A stretch of DNA of 63,582 nt, filler included, from Sphacelaria rigidula (taxonomy: Eukaryota), in NCBI GenBank assembly GCA_964200075.2. It is 7 parts of 7 records of this genome, joined end to end, with 100 filler letters (N's around TTAATTAATTAA, not from the genome) between each part and the next. Parts side by side here need not be neighbours in the genome. Positions count along the whole stretch, not along the records: positions 27,296 to 36,292 come from CAXNAA020009561.1; positions 36,393 to 45,389 come from CAXNAA020009562.1; 5 more parts are not named here. One strand, 5' to 3'. The notes under the pieces were generated by a model, which did no database searches, had not been told where the DNA came from, and worked only from the letters and a program-made list of their open reading frames with translations. This document shows positions 32,942 through 44,549 of this stretch, in pieces. Within the stretch, counting starts at the first letter, position 1; each line of letters starts with the position of its first letter. The translations under genes and the position numbers were made by a program.

Positions 32942-33112
32942 CTGGCCTAGTCGATCCGATACATACACAGGCCCTCCGCTGATCGCCCTGGCAGCAGCAT
33001 GGAACCAGCTGATTGTTGTCCCATCTGTAGTGGCACCCTTTGTCTCGGCTACCTTGCGATCATCCTCCAACCCATTGTCGGGGGGGACTCCGACCAAAGC
33101 CTCGTTCTTGCT
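32942..33112 (-). CDS. Raffinose synthase/Sip1 GH36 exon ending in a GC donor
   Basis: CCTGCAG acceptor (phase 0); encodes SKNEALVG...ISWFHAAARAISGGPVYVSDRLGQ; CAG|GCGAGA donor. Confidence 0.9.
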
Positions 33113-33674
33113 CTGCAGGAAGTGAGGCATTGTCATCAGTGGATTATGACGAACAGTGGACGAAGAAACGGCACAAAAATCGAAGCAAAGATAAACCACA
33201 AGAGTTTAGCAAGATCTCCGCTCACTCACGCACAACACATACGCAACCAAGTACACGTACATGTTCTTGTAGGATACGAGTCGAGCATGGCCGCCATGTA
33301 TTTCCCTGTTTTTTTTATTTCTGAGTGAGTCCTAGTTGGTCCATGACGGGCTGAATCCATCACGCACGGCAGCACAGTAGCATTGCCGGGGCTTCGTGTG
33401 TAAGTGGTACACACCCGAGGCCTGGGCGTTGTTGACACGCCCACGTAAAATATCAAGAATCCCAGGCGAGTCGAAGAGAACAACCGCGGGGAAACGCGGT
33501 TGAGTTGGCAACGCGAAACGTAAAATCGTGTATGCCCGTCAAGAACACAGGCGTACAGTAAATATGCCAACACATGGCTTGCAAAAACAATCTCGTCTGC
33601 ACATAATCATCGATTCCCGTTCACGGTGATCGCTTGTTCCCTGCAACAATCGACGCATGGCCCTGCATTCGTAC

Positions 33675-33827
33675 CTCGCAACCTAGACCAGACTGGAACA
33701 TGTCCCAATCTTGCACGCCGAGGTTGGCAAACAGGAGCGCATTGTAGGCGTTGGTGTAAAGGTGGGGGCCGTGGCTGCTGGGTTCCCTCGGGTAAAAATC
33801 GTCTGATCCTCGAAGGACCACTCGATC
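33675..33827 (-). CDS. Raffinose synthase/Sip1 GH36 exon containing the RxSDDF catalytic-region motif
   Basis: TTTGTAG acceptor; encodes DRVVLRGSDDFYPREPSSHGPHLYTNAYNALLFANLGVQDWDMFQSGLGCE; GAG|GTACGA donor. Upstream exons were not found in this contig. Confidence 0.93.
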
Positions 33828-35534
33828 CTACAAAGCAGAAAAGAGAGCACGATCAAGGCATATTCAACGGTTATTCGCGGGCAACGTGAGTTCGACATTG
33901 CTGCTTGACTCGGGATATTTCGTAACTTTTGTATCCCACAAGAGGGTGTGGTATGAAAACGTTGACGTAATCAAACTCATCAGCATCATACTTGGGCTTG
34001 TTGGTGGCCACCCTGTAAGTGCAATGATGGTGGGATGCTTTGTCTAGCGCCGTCTAGCGTCAGATACAAAGGCACGCGGTAATACAGTGGGCATCTCTTG
34101 AGCTCGCGAGTTCTGCAGTCCCGCGCGGTACTAATATGACAAGGAAAGAAGATGCTGCCTGGAAAAAAGCTGTGTATTAATCACTACACACCAGCGACAG
34201 GATACCGAGACGCAGTTGGCTGGGGGTTGTCGCTGTAGTGCAGGGCTGCTACAACACTGGTACAGCTACAGTGCAATGGAGCTGTGCCTTCGTTTTTCAA
34301 GGAGCTATCGGCTACGGCGTGTGTGCGATAGCGTCAGTACAATAAGCGTAAACCGGTAGTATTGTATCCATGGTTGAAACGCACTTTGTTCTACAACATG
34401 ACATTCGGATTCTTCAGGAACAGCGCACGTTTTGACCAGCGTGCTCAGCATGCGTGGCTCGGTCTACGATGTCAGTGATTAAAGCTCTTCAGGGTACTCC
34501 TAAAATCCTATGTTCCCAACGGCTGGATGATCAAGAACCGATATACAGCACCCGCAAGTCGACCGTACAGAGTAATAGCAGTGCGGCATCTGCACCACGA
34601 TGTTTCACCTCTTGAGACAATATCTTGATACTAGGATACAACACTGTAATGTCGACGGCCCATGAGTTTTTTGCCGAGCTGGGCTTCACCTCTCCGATAA
34701 GTACTGTACGGGTACAATCAATACAGTAAATCGAAAACCCGTTTGTGTGCTGGGCTGAAATTCTCGTCCAAAAGTGACGCAACTGAACTGACAAAATATG
34801 ATATCTACGGACCGGTAAAGTTGGTGCACTACAATTGCATACATGTGGGTGATTTCTCAAAGGAGCTGTGGGCCGTACAGTGTATGCAACAGGCGACAGG
34901 AAAAACAGATGGTATCCGCTTCAGTCAGGAGAGTCTAACATGGCGAGCGCTTAGAATTATCATGTTGCGGAAGGAACGAGTCTCAGCGTACGAAAGTAGG
35001 GTAGTGACTGTACTCGATGTGTTGGAGCGTTTCGGTGTCACGGAGTCGAAATCTCTCCTCTGAAGACACTTTAGGCCAGGGCTCAGGGCAGTGTTTCAGG
35101 TTGTGTTGCTTCCGTATCGTGCGATGGGTGAAGGACCGTCTGCAAGGTGCTGCACATGATCCAAATCTGCAGACGGGAGCGAGACTAACTTCCCACCGGA
35201 GCCAAGGGAAGGTTCCAAATGATCAGCCCGAGATTAATGCAACTGAATGCGTACAGTACATCACAGTACAGTATACAGCACGGTATACAGCGCAGTGGTG
35301 TTTCAAGTGTACTTCACTCGTGTTTCCGTGTTTCTGATATCCAGACGTGCAGGCGGGGGTCATTCCTCAATCTTAATGTGATATAATACATACTTCAAGA
35401 ACACGCTCGTACCCTACAGACAACATAGGTCAACACCATCGCGCAACACCAATTTTTTTTAAAGGAAATGGAGTTCAGACCGAACGAACAAACGGAGAGA
35501 TGGAGGGACGCACGAACGGAGAGACGGGCATCGG

Positions 35535-35750
35535 CCACGGCGCCCCTGTCTTGCAATCGGGACAATTGAAATCATGTAGGTCGGACGAGCGTGGGTTTGA
35601 TTCCCGTAAAACGCAATTGGGTATTTTTCGGGAAAATATTTGATTCCCGTACTTAAAACATGAGGGTCTTGAATAGCGAGGAATCTCTGCTTGAAGGTCG
35701 ACGCTGTGCGGCAGCTTGCTGACGCAATCCGGCAGAACAAAACGCAAGGC
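35535..35750 (+). mobile_element. Degenerate tRNA-derived SINE copy
   Basis: GGCGCCCCTGTC start, GGGTTTGATTCCCG B-box-like motif, and GTCGACGCTGTGCG...TGACGCAATCC core homologous to the 23754 copy. Confidence 0.55.
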
Positions 35751-35756
35751 GCCCCC

Positions 35757-36292
35757 TGTGTGGAAAAAAAGTACAAAAGGGCATGCTGTAAGGTGGGATA
35801 GAGAAGTCGAGAAAATATGGAAGGAGATAGGTGAAAACCAAGACGAAAAACTCTCCGTAGGTGAAGGCGCGGGGTACAAGACAAGAGTACGAGGCATGAT
35901 AAGAACAAGGAAAAAAGGAGCGCTCAGACTCAACGTAGACGAGGAAGAACACCTGGAGATATACGGGGGATTGAGAGAGGGGATCGGAATGAAAACATGT
36001 CTGCATGGTCCAATGGACGCTGCGAAAAATATGAAACTGCGATTTCGGGTGGGGGACCTGGACCTACCAGAAAGAAGGAAGATATATAACAGTCGTCGTG
36101 TGGAGGAGGAAGTAGACGGACAGAGTTCCCCCCATGACGAAGCAATAGAGAGCAAAAGTCATAAAGTGGCAGAATGTGAGCTATACAAGGAGGAACGGGA
36201 CCTGCTAGAGAAAGAAATGCGGGACGTGAACGAAGGTGGCATGGAATCGTTTGATGCATTAGACAGTAGGGAGAAAACGATAGTTATACTAG
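35757..36292 (+). mobile_element. Non-LTR retrotransposon (LINE) ORF2 C-terminal fragment, 5'-truncated
   Basis: Open frame ...LEIYGGLREGIGMKTCLHGPMDAAKNMKLRFRVGDLDLPERR...SSPHDEAIESKSHKVAECELYKEER resembles the C-terminal zinc-knuckle region of LINE ORF2 (L++R.G...CxC...ES..H...EC..Y..ER) with decayed Cys residues. It runs into the contig end. Confidence 0.75.
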
Positions 36293-36392
36293 NNNNNNNN
36301 NNNNNNNNNNNNNNNNNNNNNNNNNNNNNNNNNNNNTTAATTAATTAANNNNNNNNNNNNNNNNNNNNNNNNNNNNNNNNNNNNNNNNNNNN
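36293..36392. other. Artificial contig linker
   Basis: N44-TTAATTAATTAA-N44. Confidence 0.99.
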
Positions 36393-38528
36393 TTCTAACA
36401 AAAATTTGCTGATCAAAAAAAGGACGTTTGGCCAAGCCCCCACCCCTTCTTCCACTACCCCCCCCCCCCCCCCCCGTGAGTTATCGGCGACCAAACATTT
36501 CACAACAGTTTTTTTCGGAACAAAATCGTGAAAAACTTCAAATATATATACATATATGGGGAAATGTGGCGTCTTGGCACATACGTCCTGTACATCGTGT
36601 CAAAGTTTCATAGAAAACAACCTGAAACTCAGCTGTCAAATCGCCTGTTCACATCCCTGTCCGCGTGTGAGGCGGTTCAGCCTGTACTGTGTCCTAAGCG
36701 TCTTTGATATCACCTCCTGCTGTTCCATATTCCCCGACACTTCAGATATCCCTCTTGCGGAGAAGAAGGAGCGCATACTGGGCGAGAAGGCCAAGCGCGT
36801 TCGAGATCCCTGACGGAGCTCGAATTGGAAAACGCGTCGCGTGGGGGTAAGGGGGGCGGTGGAGACAAGGGCGGGGTCGTGTCGGAGTTGACAGCCCCGC
36901 CAAATCGCAAACCTCGATCAGAGTCTAATGTGGACGCCTTGTTCTCGAACGGGGATGACTCCCCACCGCGTCACCCCATGTGAGTGTTGAAATTCTTGAA
37001 ATTGTAACGAGCTGCTCCTGCTCTTTAATTTTTTTTTACCGAAGACAAGAGTCTTTGGCTAGTGCTGGTGACGTACGAAGGTACCAGTGTAACGTGAGAT
37101 TTGCTGTGTCTTCGACGGAACTTTCTGGTTCGGTGTTTACTCTGCAGCATTCCGGATGCAAAGCGTTCCTGCAATCAAACTTTTACAGCAACGTGGCGAT
37201 TTCACCGACGGCCGATGTTGAGGGCGCTGCTGCACACCTTGACTGTCGGCTTTGTGATGGCGAAATTCCCGGAGCTTGGGCTTCAGAAACCTGCGGGTAG
37301 AATAAGAAGTGCACAAGATATTGTGGTCCAAGTTAGCCAGTAAGCTGCACGAGGGAAGACCCCTTCACGAAAATCTATGAGGTTGAGTTTGTGGCATCCC
37401 AAGATTTTCAGGGACGTGCTCTCTTCATAACTCAGCTTCACTATATATTGTACTCGATGAACTATCAACTCCGCCCGCGCATATAGGGGAAGGTCGTCGA
37501 GTACACGAATAATCCTCGAGCAAGAGATTGGCATAGGTCACGATCCAAGCTACTAATAATCCCGTGCATGACGGACTTCGCACACCCCAGTTCACCAGCC
37601 GGCACAGCTAACCGCAAACTTTACAGGCAATAAATCACACGCACACACACAGACCCCCAAGAGTGCGGTTCACATGTTTTACGCCACCCGACGAGGAACT
37701 TCCACCGTTTTTCACCAGGGCGCACAGTGTACGTCTCTTGCTTTGCAGTTTAATTCTTGAGGACAAGGAAAAAAAATGAAACACTAAACGCTACTACACA
37801 TTGTCATGAAAATGGTGCTGTAACTGTCGGCAACCATCTCCCAAGATCGAATAACACCCATGTCACCAGGCATTCACGACTGTGCGAGAACAACACTCGC
37901 CCTGAAAGTTGAGCTTCGTAAGAGTTTGTCTCGACGGCCGAGGAGCTCCGTTGATCTCGAGGGACTCTGTGTACGCCACCATTCGGCCTCCGTCCTATCT
38001 CTAATATCGTAGGAAGGTTGCCACGAGGGAAGCCCGCGAGGCAACCTTGCCGGAGAAAGTCATCAGTCGCATTAAGCGCTCCGCATCGCAGTTACTCTTG
38101 CCTGTGACATCTACACACGGATGTAAACATGACTTACACACGTGTGTGTGTGTGTATATATAGCTCGAGACGGGAACACCAACTGCGTAAACTCGCCAAC
38201 GATGTCCGATTGATATTCGCGTTAAAGTTGCCAGTTTTTTTATGGTTGCTGGTATATATGTTGCCAGCAACAACCCTCTTGTGCCGGTTCATCCGGATCC
38301 GATGAAAGTATTTGTATGGTTGACGCCGTCTTGTTCTCAGACTTCGTTTTATTCCCTTCATTTCAACCTTGTTATCTTGCTTCTCAGTGCCACACCTTCA
38401 CCCCAAGAGCGTGCACTTGATTCATTCGTTTCCAATGTTCGACCTTCCGTTTTCATCTCACGTCTGTTTCTCATTTATTCTCTCGCTCTTCTACATGTTG
38501 CCAATTGTTGTTTCCCATGCCATACCAG

Positions 38529-38664
38529 GGGGGATAAGGTGCCTCTGAAGGGGGTGGTGCAGACAGTGGTTGCGGACGGAATGTCGTGGATCAAGAGGGA
38601 GGGTACCGGCTCGCGCAAGTCGGGGGGAAGGGTACCGTTCTCAGCCGCCGACGTCGTAACAAAG
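38529..38664 (+). CDS. CSDE1/UNR-like cold-shock-domain protein, internal exon
   Basis: ACCAG acceptor; encodes GDKVPLKGVVQTVVADGMSWIKREG...RVPFSAADVVTK, the first half of a CSD/OB fold. Donor is AAG|GCAAGC; an alternative in-frame GT donor follows 38655. Confidence 0.7.
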
Positions 38665-38977
38665 GCAAGCCAAAATATCCAAGAGGACAGATTGACAACA
38701 CACAGTGTCGAGGAAAGACCGTTGGATAAGATTCTTTGCGGTAGCGAGCGAAACTGCCATCCTTGAAGAGATCGATGGATGAGTTTTTCTCCCCAAAAAA
38801 TGCCACCCGATTTTGTGAGCATGGTCTCTTCGCTTTCATGTGAAACGCAAGCCACACTTTCATCGTATCATGCTGTGCAACAGAATGATATGAATGTGGT
38901 GTTGTCATCTATAGTATTGTGCCCCTCGTCGCCCCGCATCACGGCGTCCCTGCACGTTTTCTGTCCTGTCCTTTCAG

Positions 38978-39168
38978 GACGGAGAGCCGTCGGGCCCCTT
39001 GCAGAAGGGTGACCACGTCGAGTACCACACCTGGAGGGACAAAGAGGGCACGCTCATGGCCGTCCGGGTAGAAAAGATCAAAGAGCGAACAAGACCTACG
39101 AGTGGAGGAGGTGGAATGGGCGCCGGGGCGCAGCGTAGGACGGACCGTGCGACTCCAGCACATTTCCG
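38978..39168 (+). CDS. CSDE1/UNR-like protein, internal exon (not in the ORF track)
   Basis: Pyrimidine tract plus TTTCAG acceptor; encodes DGEPSGPLQKGDHVEYHTWRDKEGTLMAVRVEKI..., matching CSD L..GD.VEF....D..G...A..V; CG|GTAGGC donor in phase 2. Confidence 0.8.
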
Positions 39169-39410
39169 GTAGGCTGAGGATGGCAATTGGAGTGAGGAGG
39201 GGGGGGGGGGGCGTACTCATTTGTTGCTTGCCTTAGTCGTTTGACCATTGATCACGCATCCCTTTCGAGACGGAGGAGGGGGAGGGTCCAAGACTAATGA
39301 ATAAATGGAGATTGCTGGGAGAGGATTTCATGGTTGGGCTGAGACTGAAGCACTTATATTCATTATTGTGCTGCCTGTACTGACGACAATAATCGTGTAT
39401 TGGTCTAGGA

Positions 39411-41069
39411 AGGGTATACCTTCTCGTATCTTGTGTAAGAAAGGTACGAAAAAAACGTGTTACTCGCGAGATATGGCCATGCGTAGAAGGACGTCTCGCC
39501 TCCAGAAACTACTTCCTCTTTCTAGGCCAATTTTCGGCCAGGCATACCTGATCTAGGACTTCTATTTGAATCGCACCTTTTTTGGGCCACCAGCCGGCCC
39601 AGAAAGTATCTATCCTCGGCCATCGCTTCCCACACTGTACCTGGTGCAGCACACTCCGCGCAAGGAAATCTGAGCGCCAACTTCAACCATAGCACCCACA
39701 CATTCGGCTCTTTTCCCGCCCATTTGCCGTTCACGAACGCCACAACAACCACACGTCACCAAACCTGACGCGACAACCATCAACCCTTTTGGCACCGAAC
39801 TCCCCACAACGGTATTGTTTGTGACACTTTCCCCCCATTTTTCCCCCACAACCGTATGTTAGTGGTGGGTGACCATTTGTTTCGTTTTCAAGTCAAAATG
39901 ATGCCAATCCACAAAAAGGTGTGGATTGGCATTATTTTGACTTGAAAACAGAACAAATTGACACCTGCCACTGACGCACGATTGTGGGGAAAAACGGTCC
40001 CGAAAGGGTTGATACGGAACACGACACCAGCCTCAGATCGCAACGGCGCGATGTTACGTAACACTCCGCACGCGCAAGAGAACGACGCGTTGTCAGATGT
40101 GAGTCCGGTTCTTGTGTCGATGCGGAGAAACTCGGGAACTATTTGCGAGGGGAAAGGCAACAGACGTTACCAACTGGTGGGAAAAAATGGTCAAAATTTA
40201 AACATACTCGTTTTAGTGTTAGTCGGGGCGATGGATGAAACCACCAACAGATACAGGTGAGCAGTGGTGAGCCGTGGACCCAGCTTGTCCAGAACGTGTT
40301 TTGTTCTGGGAACACGCACTTGCCTTGGGAATACTCTGCACGCACTTGCCCGAGTGTTCTCGGTATGCCTTGGTCGGGGTTAGCGTTAGCGTTAGGTTTG
40401 GCGGCATCTCCATAGTGCGTCAACCATTTTTTCCGACCAGATGGTGAAGAGGCCTCGGGGAAGGGGTGTGGTTGTTGTGGCGTTCGTAAACGGCAAATGG
40501 GCGGGAAAAGAGCCGAATGTGTGGGCGCCATGTTTGAAGTTGGCGCTTAGATTTTCTTGCGCGGAGTGTGCTGCATCAGGTACAGTGTTGGAAGTGATGG
40601 CCCAGGATAGATACTTTCTGGGCCGACTGGTGGCCCAGATAAGGTACGATTGAAGTAGAATTCATAGGTAAGTATATTGTTGTTGTTGTCTTCACATTTA
40701 AAACCGTTCCGATATCTGCGCGGTACATTCGTACTAGGCATCTGATGCGGACGCCTTCCGTGGTCACAGGCTAGCTACCTCTTATAAGGTATGAGGAAAT
40801 CAAACAAAACCACACGACGTAACGACACCCCTCATGTATACCTGGCCGAAAATTGGCCTTGAAAGAGGAAGTAGTTTCTGGAAGCGAGACGTCCTTCTAC
40901 GCATGGCCATATCTCGCGAGTAACACGTTTTCTCCGGGGGGTTTTCGAGGCCCGGATGCCGAGGAGCCATCCGATTGCTGTGAGTGAAAAATTCGGAGCA
41001 AAATCGGTCTAGATTGTGTGTTTTGCTGTTTCGTACCTTTCTTACACAAAATACGAGAAGTTATACCTT
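39411..41069. mobile_element. About 1.66-kb foldback-type element with long bipartite inverted repeats, inside an intron
   Basis: 39411-39548 pairs with 40836-41069 (which carries an insertion) and about 39570-39750 pairs with about 40467-40650. The peptide VVVAFVNGKWAGKEPNVW appears on both strands. Confidence 0.85.
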
Positions 41070-41306
41070 GTCAAGGCCGTTGCCCACAATTTCATGTACA
41101 TGAAGCCGCATGTGAAATGAAGGCACGAACGTCTATCCACAACACGATGGTGGAAATACCCTGGCAGCAGAGCGGTAGTCCGCATCCCGCCACACATCTT
41201 GGGTAAATACGGTGAGACCCGTAAGTAGTATACCGCTTGATCCCGTTGTCCCCTCTTCCCCCCCCTATTCCGGGACACGGTTATTTTTCCGCACGTCATC
41301 GCGCAG

Positions 41307-41523
41307 CATGGCTCTGGGACCGGAGGAAGGCAAAGCAGGATTTGCGGCAGGACGAGGGCGTCCCTTAGAAACGCCTCCCGTAGAAGGGGGAGGTATCCCC
41401 AGGCGTCCCCGAGGATCGAGTATGGGAGGGCCGGATGCTAAAGAGTTCGTGCCGTCCTCAGCAATGCGAGTGACGCCGCCCGTTGTTACCCCCGACCTTG
41501 CGCAGTTCGCAGACGCAAGGTAA
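41307..41523 (+). CDS. CSDE1/UNR-like protein, probable last coding exon with SUZ-C-like motif
   Basis: GCGCAG acceptor in phase 2 matches the previous donor (CG|C = Arg). MALGPEEGKAGFAAGRGR resembles SUZ-C (GPD.S.GF...R). Ends at TAA, or alternatively at an AG|GTAACA donor. Confidence 0.75.
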
Positions 41524-42719
41524 CAGGAGGGGGTGGAGTTGAGGTTTTACAAAATATGAACAAAAATGTGTTGGGTTTTGGTGGAAAAGGACATGAGTAG
41601 TTGAAGGTTTGGGTGTGGAGCAGAATAACGGGCGAAATTTTGAGACGGGGGGAAAAAAAATGTATTTGCCCTGTTCTTTTCCTGTTTTGTGTAAAACAAG
41701 GTGAGCATGAGCGTAATGCGTACGTTCTTCTTGGGTCTGTAGAAGGACGAAAAAAAATTATCAGGAAAGACAAGTCCTCTCATTTCGATATTCACTTGAA
41801 GGTTGAAAAAAATTGATGGCCCCGTGAATATTTCTTGTAGGGACTTCGTGCTTGTGCAGTCGCGGTACTGGTGATGGGGGATATGTGTTCGCGAATTTGA
41901 AGTGGCGTAGTAGTTGTGTTTTCGCGAAAAGGCGCTGAGCTGCAAGCAGATGTAATCCTGTACAATGGCGGGCATGGGTTGCAAGGGTGGAGGTATTCTG
42001 TTGGAACACTTTGTGCAAATATCTTGAAAAAAAGAAATAGGAAAAGTAGTGGGCCATTGATACTGTTGTGCTGGAGTCTGAAAAACACGTTAAAAAAAAT
42101 GTGTAGCATAGAAATTTGCTGCTGTAGCTACCAGCAAACAAGCTTTTGCAAAGCGACCAGAGCGGCATTTTTTTTTTTCGTCAAATATACAAATTGGTCC
42201 ACTTTTGGCAAATAGTTTTATGTGTGAGGTTTGCTTGGGAGGGGGTAGGGTTGGGAAGGTGGAGAGGAAAGGGGATATGATGCCAAGAAAATTGCTCCCT
42301 GTGGCGGCGCGTTTCGGAGGTTAACAGGTGGCAGCTTTTCGTTTCGTCCGCAATTTGTAGTGTACAGACAGCCCCGAAGACTGGTCCGGAAAATATATTA
42401 TGGATCCGGCGTGTCATTTGTTTAAGGTGGTGAGATGAAGAATACAGCCAATTGTTGGAGAGATTGGATTCTCCCGTGAACCCCAGTCCGGGCGGGATTG
42501 AACACTGGTGCCATCAAGTGAAATGAAATACCATGATAGCTACTCGATGGTTTTCGTCGTTCTCGTTTTCCCTATACTGGAGAGAACACTAACGTACTCT
42601 TCAGCTTCACCATGTGTAAAATCGGTCATTATTTCACTTTATCGTTTCATGCGTAGCTGTTGCGGATGCTTCGGTATCATTGGCGCGGACAGGCTCGCTC
42701 GCCACGACAGTAACCGCGC

Positions 42720-43640
42720 GTTTATTTCTTTGTGATCATGAGGTACAATACAGCGGCCGCGCAGGCGCGTGTGCCATATATGCATACAGCACATTTGTGG
42801 TCTATTATTGAATTTGGAGCAGGGTACGACCCAGAGGCCTCGGTGCTGTTGCTTGGGTGGTGTGGGTAATGATGCAATGGGGGGTGCACGTAGACTGCTG
42901 GTATGGCAGGGTGACACCGTGGGCCCATGCCGTTGGTGGTATGTCGGATGCGACCATTTAGTGTTGTGTGGTTGAGACTGTGGGTAATGGTCGAAGAATG
43001 AGAGTACCCTCCCGAGCGGTCAAACGGCCTCGTATCCACAATCCACATGTGTAGTATCCAGACCGCGGGGTCAGATCGGGAAGTGAAGGTGTACACACCT
43101 GCGGTCGAAACGTGGTCTGCGTACATCGTTTGTGTTTCACTCGATACCAAGGTGGTGATCCAGTATGTGTCCGTTCGAATAACTCGCACAGCGGCGTGAA
43201 AAGTGCATAGTGAAATAGACATTGGAAGCTAGTGTAGAGAGGAAGGGGAAACGGTACCCACGTTTCTTCTGTTAAAACATTTTCGGCAGGAGGATGTGAT
43301 TGATTAAAAAATCTTGATCGATCTTTGAAATCATCCAAGTTTCAGTTGATATTTTCTGTCATCGTTCACCGTTAGGTATCGTTTGGCTTTTTTTTTTGGT
43401 ATTCGACGAAGATGTGCAAGGGCTGCATACGTTGCTTGTGTTGTACTGCAACGGCAGTCAACGGGATATTCATGTGACCCATGGCTGCGTCACTACGGGG
43501 AATAGACCGTACTTTGCAATCGGTGGCTAGGAGTGCAGCGTTTTTCGCAACTTTTGGGCAGGAAGTAATGCACAAGTGCAGCACCCCGTCTGCAGAAGTC
43601 GAACATATTCTCTCGTGGGCAGACCACAGCGTGGACTGAG
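42720..43640 (-). pseudogene. Possible highly decayed MULE/Mutator-type transposase
   Basis: In order on the minus strand: LLATDCKVR...IPLTAVAV, DDFKDRS, FQCLFH (CxxH), TITHSLNHTTL, and a Cys-rich HKCAVCIYGTRAC (SWIM-like). Motif match by eye only. Confidence 0.35.
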
Positions 43641-43694
43641 TCATCCGTGTGACGTTGGAAACAATGATTTCCCTTTTGGAAGGCTAATAACAGG

Positions 43695-43925
43695 GAGTGG
43701 TGCTACGGTAGGGGTGCACAAATATTTTCTGAGGTTGGAATTATTAGGAGCCCTTCATCTCATGCAAAAACGACCTATGAAAAAATATGAAAGTACGCCA
43801 GGATCACTACTCCAATGTGCTGGGGATATCCCGAATGAATTTGCAAACGGGATGCCCTGACCCATATTCTCGTGCATCTAGAATCGTTAGGAGCCCCTGA
43901 ACTAGACATACCCGTAGCATTGCTC
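43695..43925 (+). mobile_element. MITE with GAG...CTC termini and 4-bp TSD (CAGG), Sola-like
   Basis: CAGG|GAGTGGTGCTACGG ... CCGTAGCATTGCTC|CAGG. Confidence 0.8.
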
Positions 43926-44549
43926 CAGGGGATCCTGGAAATGAGAACGGACCCCTTTAAGGGAACGAAAAAAATAACTTCGAGATCAAGCGAAAAGGTA
44001 CCTTGTTTCCTCACGGTCTCGCCCGCCGGCATCGTATTTTTTCTACTTGGCCTCATCTTTTTTTCACCGTTTCTCCCCCCCCCCCTCCCTCCCCGGTCGC
44101 TCTCTACCTTCCAAGGTGCTCGGGTTGTGCATAATCGTCGTGCCCCCCTAATTTAGTTTACACGGCCAACCTTCTGGGGGTTTCTAGTCTGTCTTGTCCT
44201 GTCTGCTGCCTTTGAAGAGACTTCCTAGGAGAGGAATGGACGCGTGAGTAAGGTTGACAGTAAGACACCTTGTTGTATGAAATTCTCACCTTTCCGTGCT
44301 GAAAGACCTGTGCCGGGAGGTTGCGGGGCTAATTAAAGAAAGTTATCTCAGCTGCATACCACTTGCCGCAAATCTCACCATGATGAGATTTTTGTTTCAT
44401 GTGAGTTGGCTTACACCCTACCGTTCGCAGCATGTCCACTCTCCTAAAGAGTACCTTCGAAAGAAGGCAGAGTACAGAAACCCCCGCCATGTAAACGGTT
44501 TCAAAGGCTCGTTCACACTACTCAGCCTAAAAATACTCATCCGCTAAAC

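Noticed and set aside
34950..35170. Further upstream exon of the GH36 gene
   Set aside because: A CTGCAG acceptor is present, but no frame gives the expected CMxH-type motif or a convincing donor.
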